From: Planctomycetota bacterium
GTDB taxonomy: Bacteria; Planctomycetota; Phycisphaerae; WQYP01
NCBI GenBank assembly: GCA_021851715.1
Contig: JAJZCR010000003.1
Coordinates: 6,667-70,666, forward strand
Direction of reading: 5' to 3'
DNA length: 64,000 nt
Made by a program: the position numbers and the translations under genes. The notes below the pieces were generated by a model. That model saw nothing but the letters and a program-made list of their open reading frames with translations. It was not told the DNA's origin and searched no databases. Below, one piece after another: positions 9,556 to 23,489 of this stretch (its first letter is position 1; each line of letters begins with the position of its first letter).

Positions 9556-10472
9556 CCGTGTAATGATATCCGTGGATCCGCAAACGCATAGGCGATATCC
9601 ACCAGCAGGTTAAACGCCACCAGTATCACTGTATATACCATCACAATGCCCAGCACCAGCGGAATATCCTTATCCAGGCAGGCGTTGACAAAATCTTCAC
9701 CCATGCCCGGAATGGCAAAAATCTTCTCCACTACAAAGGATCCCGTCAATAATGCCGCCGCCGCAGGACCTAAAAACGAAAGCACCGGAAGGCTGGCGTT
9801 GGGCAGAATATGCCCGACAATCACGCGGTTCGGCGGCAGGCCTTTGGCACGGGCGGTACGCACGTAATCGGCGGAGAATTCATCCAGCATGCCGCTGCGG
9901 GTCAGCCGGGCGATGTATGCCAGAAAGCCTGCTGCCAGCGTACACGCAGGCAGTATCACCTGGGCCAGATCACCCCAGCCGCCCGACGGCAGAAGCGCCC
10001 CATAGGTGGAAAACACCAGCAGTAAAATCGAACCGATGACAAAACTGGGCAGGCTGATTCCCAGCAGACTGCCCACGGTCAGCGTCAGGTCCGGCCAATG
10101 TCCGCGTGTTACCGCACCCAGCATGCCCAGCGCCACGCCCAGCCACAGCGCGAGGAGCAAAGCCAGGGATCCCAGCGAAACCGAAATCGGCAGCGACGAG
10201 CGAATGACATCCAGCACCGTCCAGTTAGCGTAGCTGATGGTAGGCCCCAGATCACCCCGGGTGATGACGCGCCACGGATAGGCCCAGTATGCATGCCACG
10301 GATGATTCAGTCCATACCGCACTTTCAGGGCGTGGATGATGGCAGGCGGCGGTTGCTTTTCTCCGATAAACGGGTTGCCGGGTGCAGCCATCAGCAGCCA
10401 GAAGGTGCAGGTATATACCACAAAGATCACCAGCAACGACTGGCCGATGCGGGATATCAGAAATCGCATCAT
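9552..10472 (-). CDS. oppB: Oligopeptide/dipeptide ABC transporter permease (OppB/DppB type)
   Basis: GDLGPTI, EAA-loop variant DYVRTARAKGL, GSFVVEKIFAIPGMG. Confidence 0.9.
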   Translation of the reverse strand: MMRFLISRIGQSLLVIFVVYTCTFWLLMAAPGNPFIGEKQPPPAIIHALKVRYGLNHPWHAYWAYPWRVITRGDLGPTISYANWTVLDVIRSSLPISVSLGSLALLLALWLGVALGMLGAVTRGHWPDLTLTVGSLLGISLPSFVIGSILLLVFSTYGALLPSGGWGDLAQVILPACTLAAGFLAYIARLTRSGMLDEFSADYVRTARAKGLPPNRVIVGHILPNASLPVLSFLGPAAAALLTGSFVVEKIFAIPGMGEDFVNACLDKDIPLVLGIVMVYTVILVAFNLLVDIAYAFADPRISLHG

Positions 10473-12172
10473 GGATGAGTGCCTCCGCGAGGCCGGTGTT
10501 TCCAGTGGATATATTGCAGCAGGGTTATCATCCGGACATTGGGCCCAATACCACCGATCTTACGGGAATGATACATCAGGCCGTCGGTATATTGAAATAA
10601 TGGAATCGCCGGCATGTAACGATCCACCAGCAACCGTTCGGCATCGCCGAGCAGGGTAAACCGCTGCGCCGGATTCGGCTCGATATCCGCCTGATGCATC
10701 AACTGGTCGAATTGGCGGTTGGAAAACTGGCTGTGATTGTTGGGATTGCCGGAGCGAAAAAGATCCAGCCAGGTGGTGGGGTCCATGTAATCTCCGTACC
10801 AGCCGGCCCGCGCAATATCGAAATTGCCATGCACGCAATCCTGGTTGAACGCTTTGCTTTCTTCGGTTTCGATGCGGATGCGCACGCCCAGATGCCGCCG
10901 CCACATCTGGGCGATGGCCTGCGCCACCAGCATGTTCATGGAATCGGTATCGTTGGTCAGAAACTTCAGCGGTCGCAAGCCGCGCCCGTCCGGGTAACCC
11001 GCTTGCCGCATCAGGCGCCGGGCCTCCAGCACGTTCATGGCCAGTCCATGCGGGCTGTGGTAGCCGGGAATGGTTCCGGGCGGCACCAGCACCGTGAGCG
11101 GTTTCTCATGGAGCCGCGTAACATCCGTGACGATTTGCTTTTTATCAATGGCCAGGTCCAGCGCCCGGCGAATCAATGGATTGGTCAGCGGAGTATGGGT
11201 GCAGTTGATAATGTAATAATACGTACCAAAGACCGACCTGTAATGCACATCGTGCCGCAGGCCGGCCTGCTGCTGGCGCAGCAGCGCCGCGGTGAATTCC
11301 GGCGGCACAAATGAAAGCACGTCCACAGCCCCGCTTTGATAGGCCCGGAATGCCGAAAGCGCATCCGAAAATGAAACGACGTGCAATTCCCGGCAACGCA
11401 CGGTCTTGCGGTCCCAATAATAGGGATTGGGCTTGAATTCCAGATATTGGTGGAATTTCCAGGCGGTGAGTCGGTATGCGCCATTGGTGACCAGGTTGGG
11501 TGGCCGGGTAAAGCGCGGATTGTAGTAGGCCAAGGAATGACCGGACCGGACGGTGAAGCGGGCCATGCTGGCCTGATTAAGAGGGAAAAATGGCGGAAAC
11601 GCCATCAGGTCCAGAAAATAGGGGCAGGGAGCGTTGAGATGCACAATAAGCGTATGCAAGTCAGGAGCCTTGATGCCCACTGAAGAAAATGGCCTGGGCC
11701 TCGCGTGCGGGTTGGCCAGCGCGTTGAAATAGGCCCTGGCCCCGGAGATATGGAAAAACATTTCCACATAGCCGGCACCGGTCGCCGGATGCAACATGCG
11801 CTTCCAGGCGAAAATGAAATTGGCGGTGGTTACCGGGTCTCCGTTGGACCAGCGTGCATGGTGGCGCAGATGAAATGTATAGGTGCGGCCATGGGCGGAA
11901 ATGGTCCAGGTTTTGGCCACGCCCGGCATAGGATTGAGCGTTTTGGGGTTGTACTGGGTCAGCCCCTGCCACAGCGCCAGCCCCGCTCGAATGTCCTGCA
12001 TCCACGTCATCCCGGCGGGGTCCAGCGTGTGAATTTGCCCCGCTTGGCAAAAAATGATCGCCCGGGATCGGGCGGCATCCCCGCCCGAAATCCAAAAGCC
12101 ACCGACAAATATCAGCATCAGCAGCAAAGAAAACATAATCAGCACACGGCGCATTAACGCACAGAATAGCAC
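10469..12172 (-). CDS. oppA: Oligopeptide ABC transporter substrate-binding protein
   Basis: TLDPA, PGVAKTW..S..GRTYTFHLR..ARWSNGDPVTTANF, RAGWYGDYMDPTTWL. Confidence 0.9.
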   Translation of the reverse strand: MLFCALMRRVLIMFSLLLMLIFVGGFWISGGDAARSRAIIFCQAGQIHTLDPAGMTWMQDIRAGLALWQGLTQYNPKTLNPMPGVAKTWTISAHGRTYTFHLRHHARWSNGDPVTTANFIFAWKRMLHPATGAGYVEMFFHISGARAYFNALANPHARPRPFSSVGIKAPDLHTLIVHLNAPCPYFLDLMAFPPFFPLNQASMARFTVRSGHSLAYYNPRFTRPPNLVTNGAYRLTAWKFHQYLEFKPNPYYWDRKTVRCRELHVVSFSDALSAFRAYQSGAVDVLSFVPPEFTAALLRQQQAGLRHDVHYRSVFGTYYYIINCTHTPLTNPLIRRALDLAIDKKQIVTDVTRLHEKPLTVLVPPGTIPGYHSPHGLAMNVLEARRLMRQAGYPDGRGLRPLKFLTNDTDSMNMLVAQAIAQMWRRHLGVRIRIETEESKAFNQDCVHGNFDIARAGWYGDYMDPTTWLDLFRSGNPNNHSQFSNRQFDQLMHQADIEPNPAQRFTLLGDAERLLVDRYMPAIPLFQYTDGLMYHSRKIGGIGPNVRMITLLQYIHWKHRPRGGTHP

Positions 12173-12226
12173 AATCCTGGCACCAAATGAAGGATTGCCG
12201 CCTGCGGATTCACCCTTTCGGCCGGC

Positions 12227-13648
12227 GTGGCAATTTGCTCGATCCTTAAGTTGCTCCGGGGAGAGGCTGGAGGTAAAATTAAGTCTCTGGTGTTGGCTGG
12301 GAATGGTCGATTGTCATCACAACAACTTATACAGCGCTTCAACGCTCGCACGGCCGTCATTGGGGTGATGGGCCTGGGTTATGTGGGGCTGCCGTTGCTG
12401 CGAACTTTTCATGCCGCAGGCTTCCGGACCATGGGCTTTGATATAGATCCGGCCAAGGTGGAAATGCTGCGGTCCGGCCGATGCTATCTGCGACACTTGG
12501 GGGATGACTTTATCCGCGACATGGCCGCATCCGGCCGCTTTGAAGCCACCTGCGATTTTCAACGGCTAAGCGAGCCGGACGCCATTGTGATCTGCGTGCC
12601 CACGCCCCTGGGCCGACATGCTGAACCTGATTTAAGCTTTGTCCAACAGACCGCCGAAGCGGTGGCCCGCCAGTTGCGTTCCGGCCAGTTGGTGGTGCTG
12701 GAATCGACGACCTATCCCGGCACCACCCGTGAAGTGGTACTGCCGATATTGGAAAAAGCGGCGGCGGGCAAGCCGACGGCACTGCGCTGCGGCGTGGATT
12801 TTTTCCTGGCTTTCAGTCCGGAGCGGGAAGATCCCGGCCGCAAGAGTCACAGCACCCAGACGATTCCGAAACTGGTGGGAGGCATCGACGCAGAAAGCCT
12901 GGCCGCGGCGGTGGCCCTCTACGAAGCTGCGGTGCAAAAAGTGATTGCGGTAAGCAGTGCGGAGGTGGCCGAATCCGCCAAGTTGCTGGAAAACATCTAC
13001 CGGTGCGTGAACATCGCACTGGTCAATGAAATGAAGGTTCTGTTGGAGCGGCTGGGAATTGATATCTGGGAAGTGGTGGATGCGGCGGCCACCAAGCCGT
13101 TTGGCTTTCAGGCATTTTATCCCGGTCCCGGCCTGGGAGGGCACTGCATTCCGATAGATCCGTTTTACCTGACCTGGAAGGCCCGGGAAGTGGGTTTGCC
13201 GACGCGATTCATTGAGCTGGCCGGTGAAATCAACCAGCACATGCCGGACTACGTTATTCAACGGCTGGCCGGGGCGCTCAATGGGCATAACAAATCGGTG
13301 AAGGGCAGTCGCATTCTGGTGTTGGGCATGGCCTACAAACCGGATATTGATGACATTCGGGAAAGCCCCAGCCTTGAACTTATCGAAAAATTATTAGCCC
13401 TGCAGGCGCAGGTGGATTATAACGATCCGCACATTCCGCAGATTCCGCAGATGCGGCGGCACCGGCTGCGCTTAAAAAGCGTGGACATTTCTCCGGCGGT
13501 GCTGGCTGGTTACGACTGCATACTGATTGCGACGCATCACTGCGTCTATAACTGGCAAGAAATTGCCGATAACGCCCGGCTGATTGTGGACACGCGCGGC
13601 GTGATGCGCAAGGTGCCCCATGCGCCGGGCAAGGTTGTTTTTGCTTAA
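12227..13648 (+). CDS. Nucleotide-sugar dehydrogenase (UDP-glucose/GDP-mannose family, WbpA/WecC-like)
   Basis: GLGYVGLP Rossmann motif, ICVPTP, LESTTYPG, SPERED, GPGLGGHCIPIDP, AYKPDIDDIRESP. Exact start uncertain. Confidence 0.92.
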   Translation: MAICSILKLLRGEAGGKIKSLVLAGNGRLSSQQLIQRFNARTAVIGVMGLGYVGLPLLRTFHAAGFRTMGFDIDPAKVEMLRSGRCYLRHLGDDFIRDMAASGRFEATCDFQRLSEPDAIVICVPTPLGRHAEPDLSFVQQTAEAVARQLRSGQLVVLESTTYPGTTREVVLPILEKAAAGKPTALRCGVDFFLAFSPEREDPGRKSHSTQTIPKLVGGIDAESLAAAVALYEAAVQKVIAVSSAEVAESAKLLENIYRCVNIALVNEMKVLLERLGIDIWEVVDAAATKPFGFQAFYPGPGLGGHCIPIDPFYLTWKAREVGLPTRFIELAGEINQHMPDYVIQRLAGALNGHNKSVKGSRILVLGMAYKPDIDDIRESPSLELIEKLLALQAQVDYNDPHIPQIPQMRRHRLRLKSVDISPAVLAGYDCILIATHHCVYNWQEIADNARLIVDTRGVMRKVPHAPGKVVFA

Positions 13649-13747
13649 CTTCCAGTCATGGCCGCGCGGCGGTTGGGCGGCCCTCTGCGCGCGCGGCACC
13701 GGGGCGATTTCAGCCTTGGTTCGCACGGCCTGCACATTTTGCCGCGG

Positions 13748-14143
13748 TCAGGGGGTCAGGCCCTGATGCACTTTGACCGAGGAAGAACTGAAGGCGTAAT
13801 TCTCCACGATGTTTTGTTTGTTGAAGTAGATGACCAGGGAATTCCGGTGGCCGCGGGCATCTGAACGGAATAGATTTTCAAACGGAATAAAATCGCTGGC
13901 CGTGGCATGCATCTTGGTAAATTCATATTCCCATATCTGGTTTCCACCGGATGTGAATGAGATCTTCATCGGATCTCCATAGAGTGCCCGCACCTGTGCC
14001 TCGGTGGTCTGCCCGCGCACCAGATGGGCAGAAACGGTTTGGGAAGTTTGGTGGGCAATGCGGTCGTTACCGGCGCTGGAACATCCGGCTACGGCGGTGG
14101 TGAGCATCAGCGATGCGGCCGTGATGAGGTGTTTGCGATTCAT
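13748..14143 (-). CDS. Lipoprotein with SmpA/OmlA (BamE-like) domain
   Basis: Lipobox VAG-C after a basic/hydrophobic leader from ATG 14143. G.T.EAQVRALYGDP...W.Y pattern. Confidence 0.7.
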   Translation of the reverse strand: MNRKHLITAASLMLTTAVAGCSSAGNDRIAHQTSQTVSAHLVRGQTTEAQVRALYGDPMKISFTSGGNQIWEYEFTKMHATASDFIPFENLFRSDARGHRNSLVIYFNKQNIVENYAFSSSSVKVHQGLTP

Positions 14144-14291
14144 CGTGGATCTCCTGCCAAAGTTATTACAAAAAAACAGACGGCGCCCCGAATGACACCA
14201 GTTTGCCGCCGATACCATTCATATCCGGTTATTAAACCTGTATCGGCCGGGAAAAGCAAGTTGGCCGTTGCCCTTTGCCGGTTCCGCGATT

Positions 14292-14573
14292 TTAAGCCCG
14301 GGTATCTGGTGCGCCGGAGGAATGATTGCCCGCGGTGGTGGCCTCCGGCATTGGGGCTTCCTTGGACGTTGGTTGGGGGCTTTTTTGAAAGTGCCCCCAG
14401 CACAGGAAAAATATAATGATGCCCACCGTGGTGGCACCGCAAAGCTGCACCGACCAATCCAGGATTCCCTGCGGACGGGCCAGGTAACGGATGCTCATCA
14501 TCAGGGCCGCCAATCCCACGAAAATCGCCACCAACGAGCTTATCACGTCGCCGATAATTCGTTGTTTGTTCAT
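14292..14573 (-). CDS. Small hypothetical membrane protein (2 TM)
   Basis: 93 aa with two hydrophobic segments. AAGG upstream. Co-oriented between the S41 protease and the lipoprotein gene. Confidence 0.55.
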   Translation of the reverse strand: MNKQRIIGDVISSLVAIFVGLAALMMSIRYLARPQGILDWSVQLCGATTVGIIIFFLCWGHFQKSPQPTSKEAPMPEATTAGNHSSGAPDTRA

Positions 14574-14619
14574 GACCGTATTCCTTTCAAGGGCCGGGGC
14601 ACCTTCAGGCCCGGCCAGA

Positions 14620-16863
14620 TCAGTTGGTCTGGGCCAACTGCAGCCGCATCATCATCAGGGCGGTATCCAACTGCGTGTCATAGGCTTTTTCATTGGTGAC
14701 CATCTTGATGACCTTTTGCGTTGCCGGTGAGGGCTTATAGCCGGGAGCGGGAATAATATCGTTGTACTGCCATGTGGCCTCCAACTGGCGCATCTGCAGC
14801 GGTGAAAATGGTACGTATACGTCGGGTTGAACGCCCCACACCCTGGCATGATCCAGGCGCTGGATGCATTCGCCATTGGGTAGATAGTAGTAGGCCATGG
14901 TGATTTTCATCAAGGCGTTTCCCTTGATTCCCACCGGATGCATGGTTTGCACGCAACCTTTTCCAAAGGTGCGGTGGCCCACCAGCAAGGCCCTCTTCAG
15001 GTCGTGCATGGATCCGCTGAAAATTTCTGAAGCGCTGGCGCTGTCCTGATTCACCAGGAGAATCACCGGAATATTGGGGGGCACCAGCGGATCTCCCTGC
15101 GCCACGTAATCGTGTCGCGGCCACACCCGGCCCTGGGTGGACAGAATGGTGCCCTCACTCAGGAACATGTTGCACATTTTCAGCGCGGTTTCCAGATAGC
15201 CGCCCGGGTTAAAACGCAGATCCAGGATCAGGCCATGCACATGATGGCGCAGCAGATGCTGGATGGCTTTGTGAAATTCCTGCGCGGTATCCAGTTGAAA
15301 TTGCGTGATGCGGATGTAGCCGATATGGTCGCGCCGATCAATCATGAATCGCCATTGGGTTGAACCATGTTTGCGGCGGATGCCTTTGATGGAATTAACG
15401 CGAATTTCCTGACGCTTCAGCCGAAACACCAGGATGCCCGGATGGCCCTTGCGGCGGATGCCAAGGGTGACGTAGGTGCCGGGCTTGCCCGTAATCCGCT
15501 GCACCACCTGGTTGATGGTAATGCCGGTGGTGCTCTGACCATTGATGGTGACGATCACATCACCGGCTTCAATGCCGGCCCGGAATGCCGGCGTGCCCAC
15601 CAGCGGGCTTACGACCCGCGGTGCGGCGTTGGTCATCTGGATCTGAATGCCCACTCCGCCGAAGACGCCGCTGATTTCCTTGTCAAATTCCTTCACTTCC
15701 TTCGGCCAGAACACCACGGTGTACGGGTCCAGCGTGGCCAGGCCGCTGTCGGTGAATTCGCGGATCACAACGCGTTTGGGCAGTTGCACTGTGTTGTTGT
15801 TGGCGTTGGCTACTTCCTGCCAGTAGCCTATCATCTGGGCGGTATCGATGCTCTTGGCGGTTTTCACCTGTTGCATAATTTGCGCCAGATCATTGCTGAA
15901 TTGACGGCTTTTTTTTACGTTGGCCAGCATGGGAAAGGCATAATGCAGTGGCGGTAATTCCGGAAACAATTCGATGGTACGCAGGCCGCCCACCAGCAGC
16001 TTGCGGTAGGGCACCGGCAGCACCCAGGCATCATGGGCCCGCTGGAAGGCGTTGATCAGCATCACCTGGCTGATGCCGGTCAGGCGGTTTCTCCAGTTGG
16101 AAAATGTGGGCGGGGTCTGAAAGGTGGGGGCCGGTTTTTTGTTGGGGACCAACGTATTGTTTTTGTTGATTTTGCTTTGCTTAAACAGTTTGCTCTGCAT
16201 CGCAAAGAACTGCTTGGGTGTGTAGCGCCCGAGCAGCGTGGTGATGCGCACCATGCGCTTATAACGCCTGTCATAGCGCATGGAGATTTTGAACAGGTGG
16301 TGCAGATCGGCATAGAGTTCCAACGATTCCAGCCAGCGACCCTGGTGATCATACAGCGCAGCCTTTTGGGCAACTTGCTGTGCAATCGCTTCTACCCATG
16401 GCAAATGACGGAAGGCGGTTTGATGCCCACTGATCGCGTAGGCGGCCAGCAGGTGGCTGATGGCTGACAGGTCCTTTCCCGCCTTGGCCGACTTTTGTGC
16501 CAACTGCGATTGCTGTACATATTGATGGTGCGTTTTTTTCGCTATGGCCAGCATGCGCCGGGCGTAGGTCTTCTGCCATGTGTAAATTTGGGCCATGCCG
16601 GGGGCGTTGGGATCGGATGGACGCAAGGCCAGAAGCGTGTGGATTTTTTGCTTGCGCACCAGCCGGCTGACTTGCTCGGCGTACGCGGCGGGCGCATTGG
16701 AGCTTAGCAGCTTCACCACGCCGGCTGAATTGTCGGTTACAGTACCGGCGCAGGCGCTGTTGCCCCCAAGACGCCAACTCAGCAGAATAATGGATACAAT
16801 TCCCAATCCAATGAGAATACTGCTGCTGACCAGCATTTTTCGAATCAAGTGCGAATCATCCAC
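14620..16863 (-). CDS. ctpA: S41-family carboxyl-terminal processing protease (CtpA/Prc) with long N-terminal extension
   Basis: LDPYT, PDZ domain (FGGVGIQI), LDLRFNPGG, catalytic SASASEIFSG and TFGKGCVQ. Confidence 0.9.
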   Translation of the reverse strand: MDDSHLIRKMLVSSSILIGLGIVSIILLSWRLGGNSACAGTVTDNSAGVVKLLSSNAPAAYAEQVSRLVRKQKIHTLLALRPSDPNAPGMAQIYTWQKTYARRMLAIAKKTHHQYVQQSQLAQKSAKAGKDLSAISHLLAAYAISGHQTAFRHLPWVEAIAQQVAQKAALYDHQGRWLESLELYADLHHLFKISMRYDRRYKRMVRITTLLGRYTPKQFFAMQSKLFKQSKINKNNTLVPNKKPAPTFQTPPTFSNWRNRLTGISQVMLINAFQRAHDAWVLPVPYRKLLVGGLRTIELFPELPPLHYAFPMLANVKKSRQFSNDLAQIMQQVKTAKSIDTAQMIGYWQEVANANNNTVQLPKRVVIREFTDSGLATLDPYTVVFWPKEVKEFDKEISGVFGGVGIQIQMTNAAPRVVSPLVGTPAFRAGIEAGDVIVTINGQSTTGITINQVVQRITGKPGTYVTLGIRRKGHPGILVFRLKRQEIRVNSIKGIRRKHGSTQWRFMIDRRDHIGYIRITQFQLDTAQEFHKAIQHLLRHHVHGLILDLRFNPGGYLETALKMCNMFLSEGTILSTQGRVWPRHDYVAQGDPLVPPNIPVILLVNQDSASASEIFSGSMHDLKRALLVGHRTFGKGCVQTMHPVGIKGNALMKITMAYYYLPNGECIQRLDHARVWGVQPDVYVPFSPLQMRQLEATWQYNDIIPAPGYKPSPATQKVIKMVTNEKAYDTQLDTALMMMRLQLAQTN

Positions 16864-16975
16864 TGCAAAACATCCTTACGAGCATCCCCGCAAACCGCAA
16901 CGGAATTGCCAAGATACCCTAAATTAAACAGGCAAGCACGCCAACAGCGCTGTCAGCTTACCGCCTTGGGTGTCA

Positions 16976-17023
16976 AAAACATCGCCAAGTTTGCCCAGGC
17001 CCCAATGGCGGCAAGCTTGGCGA
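16976..17023 (-). terminator. Probable rho-independent terminator downstream of der
   Basis: 14-bp stem (16982-16995 with 17010-17023, one non-Watson-Crick pair) followed on the minus strand by TGTTTTTG. Confidence 0.5.
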
Positions 17024-17199
17024 GATAACATCAAGCGGCGGATCTTGCAATCGTCCGGAGGGTTCCGCCGTCGCCATAATCATTATAGTAAATCGTCCAT
17101 CTGTGTGGCTTTCGTGAAATATAATCGACCGGCCATCGCGCCATTAAAAACCTGCTTAAGTGCTCAGAAAAGCCCGGGCAAATGCTGGTGTTTTCCGTC

Positions 17200-18591
17200 T
17201 TAATTACGACTGGGAGGCCTCCGGCGTTCAACTCGGATGACGGGCGGCGTGATCGGCCGCAGGCCTTTGCTGCGATGATGACTCCGCACATAAAGGCGAA
17301 TCGGCGTTTCCGTAAGCACGGTTCTGGCCCTGAGCTGCCGGACGAAAAACCGCCGATATTCTTCCGTAATGAATTCCGGATTATTCACAAACAGCACAAT
17401 AGTGGGCGGGTACACACCAATCTGTGTGGCATAATACACCTTTACCGGGCGGGTGGTGGGGCTGCTGGGGCCGCGTAACTTCAAAATGTCCTCTACTGCC
17501 TGGTTCAATTGGCCGGTCGTGAGACGATGCCCGGCCTGGGCATGAATGGTAAAAGCCAGGTGTACGGTCTGTTCGATGTTCAGGCCTTCTTTTGCGCTGA
17601 TCCCGACAATGGGCGCATAATCCAGCCGGCGCAGAATGCTGCCGATGTAAGTGGAATACTCTTCCAGGGAAGCACGCTGGGCGACCAGATCCCATTTATT
17701 GACAACGATGATCACCGGCTTGAATTCCTCGGCAATATACGCGGCTATCTTTTGATCCACATCGCCCGATTCCTGCGTCGCATCCAGCAGCAGAAAAACC
17801 ACATCCGCCCGCCGAATCGAACGCTGGGCCCGGTGAAAGCTGTAAAATTCCAGATCGTTGCTAGTCATTTTAGATCGTTTGCGTACACCGGCGGTATCGA
17901 TGATCAGAACGCAACGGCCCGCCACCTCCACGCGCACATCCACGCTGTCCCGGGTGGTGCCCGGAATATCCGAGACAATCACGCGATTTTCACCCGCCAG
18001 GGCGTTGACCAGCGTACTTTTGCCGGCGTTACGCTTGCCCACCATGGCCAGTTTGAGTTCCGGGTTCGGCGGCGATGTTTCATCCTCTTCTGGCACAGGC
18101 AGTGCCGCTGTTACCGCATCGAGCAATTGATTGCGACCGCGATTCTGCGTGCAGGAAACGCTGATCGGCTCTCCAAAGCCCAGCGAGAAAAACTCCGCGG
18201 CATTGGCCGCCAGACGCGGACCATCCGCTTTGTTGGCCACCAGCAGTACCGGTTTGTTGAATTGTCTCAGATAGGCAGCCACGGTGCGGTCCAGCACGGT
18301 GGGGCCGTCCTTGACATCCAGCACAAAAAGCAGCAAATCCGCCGCCTGAATCGCCAACCCCAACTGCGTCTGGACCTCGGGCGCAAGCTCCTGCGAATCC
18401 GCAATGCCGTAGCCACCGGTATCGGTTAATTCAAAGGTTCGGCCGGCATGCGTCACCAGCGACGAAATACGGTCGCGGGTGACGCCGGCAGTCGGATCGA
18501 CAATGGAAATAAGCCGTCCGGTGAGAAAATTCAGCAGGCTGGATTTTCCCACGTTGGGACGGCCGACAATGGCAACATGACGCAAAGACAT
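17200..18591 (-). CDS. der: Ribosome biogenesis GTPase Der (EngA)
   Basis: Two tandem GTPase domains (GRPNVGKSS/DTGG/NKAD and GKRNAGKST/DTAG/NKWD) plus a KH-like C-terminus. Confidence 0.96.
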   Translation of the reverse strand: MSLRHVAIVGRPNVGKSSLLNFLTGRLISIVDPTAGVTRDRISSLVTHAGRTFELTDTGGYGIADSQELAPEVQTQLGLAIQAADLLLFVLDVKDGPTVLDRTVAAYLRQFNKPVLLVANKADGPRLAANAAEFFSLGFGEPISVSCTQNRGRNQLLDAVTAALPVPEEDETSPPNPELKLAMVGKRNAGKSTLVNALAGENRVIVSDIPGTTRDSVDVRVEVAGRCVLIIDTAGVRKRSKMTSNDLEFYSFHRAQRSIRRADVVFLLLDATQESGDVDQKIAAYIAEEFKPVIIVVNKWDLVAQRASLEEYSTYIGSILRRLDYAPIVGISAKEGLNIEQTVHLAFTIHAQAGHRLTTGQLNQAVEDILKLRGPSSPTTRPVKVYYATQIGVYPPTIVLFVNNPEFITEEYRRFFVRQLRARTVLTETPIRLYVRSHHRSKGLRPITPPVIRVERRRPPSRN

Positions 18592-18623
18592 CAATTCACT
18601 TCATTTTCTGGCCGGGGCTGGAT

Positions 18624-22343
<3,720 letters not shown>

Positions 22344-22429
22344 GTTCAAGGCCTTTGATTGTCAAGTTGTTGAAAAAACCAGTGGGGGCACGTCATCATC
22401 CCGCGGCGCTGTTAAAAATCCGGCGGGTT

Positions 22430-22879
22430 TTACGCCGATGGCGGCGGTGCCAGCAGGCTGTGGCAACGCACAAAATCCAGCGCGCGGGAGAGCGTGCGGA
22501 GTGTCGGATGGGCGGCTGCGGGATTGCCCCTGCATGGCTCGGATAGTGCGGGCCCACCGCCGTCCGCCATCGGCAGGATGCACATGGATCGTGTCTGCCG
22601 CCGCAGCCTGTATACCCGTCCAAGTTGATACAGCCTGCCGAAGGCACCGCGGTGCAGCACCTCATGCCAGTGGTTCCATACGTCGGCGATGCGGGGAAGC
22701 GGGGCGGTGCCGAGTGCGACCTGTGAAAGCGATGAAAATTTGGCGGCCACTTTGCTCCGGCCGGAGGTGGTGGCTGTCGAGCTGCAGGAAACAATGGCCA
22801 ACGCGCAGGACAGCACGGCGATGACCGCCGCACCGGCCCGTCCGCCATGGTGGAAGATACTGGATTTTGAACTTGCCAT
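22430..22879 (-). CDS. Putative small exported/lipoprotein ORF directly upstream of secA
   Basis: 149 aa. Hydrophobic leader AGAAVIAVLSCALAIVS-C. C-terminus SLLAPPPSA. Stop lies 86 nt before the secA ATG. Overlapping alternative frames exist. Confidence 0.45.
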   Translation of the reverse strand: MASSKSSIFHHGGRAGAAVIAVLSCALAIVSCSSTATTSGRSKVAAKFSSLSQVALGTAPLPRIADVWNHWHEVLHRGAFGRLYQLGRVYRLRRQTRSMCILPMADGGGPALSEPCRGNPAAAHPTLRTLSRALDFVRCHSLLAPPPSA

Positions 22880-23301
22880 ATTCAGCTAACCTGTCCGCCG
22901 ACATATTATCCATCTATCTTAGCCTGCATCTGGATAAAATGCACGGTGTCAAAGTGGCTTGTCGGTGGGTTGGGCGTGGCCATCAATGGCGGCCGGCGGC
23001 CGGAGGATGCGTTGGGCAGGCAGGCCCGCACGCGGCAGGTTTGGGCACACGGCATCCCGGCCAAACCACAGCCGGGCCCGGCGAGGGTGCGGGAGTGGCC
23101 GAAATTGCAACGCCAAAGGAAAGCGGTGGAAGTTTCGGCGGCCCGGCCTGTGGCCGGTAAAAATTTGCCCAAAATAGTTAATAGATAAATATATTTTAAT
23201 GATTTATTCATGCCGGGCATGGTCGTCCGGGCCGGCTGCAAGGTGGCAAAATTCCGCTCTAGACTAGGCCGCATACGTACTAAAAAACATCATTTTCAAA
23301 C

Positions 23302-23332
23302 TTTGCGCAAAATGTCCGGCGATTTGCGCAAA
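23302..23332. promoter_or_regulatory. Tandem palindromic operator TTTGCGCAAA-N11-TTTGCGCAAA (21-bp period)
   Basis: Boxes at 23302-23311 and 23323-23332. The same arrangement recurs at 36863-36893. Confidence 0.65.
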
Positions 23333-23489
23333 AAGGTATCGTGTTGGAAGTCTCGGCGCGTTAGGCTCCTCATGTGATCAAGGTGCGGGGTATGAGTCTG
23401 GAGCCGGAATCTTCAGTGTTCGTGCTGTTTCCGGCGATGTCACCATCCAGCTTCCATATCCCGGGGGTTCTTGAAACGAAGGAGTCGTC

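Noticed and set aside
22906-23274. ORF with a signal-like start MNKSLKYIYLL and an RRPP stretch, as an alternative secA uORF
   Set aside because: Its start lies in the AT-rich divergent promoter region, its composition is Cys-rich and noise-like, and it is not adjacent to secA.
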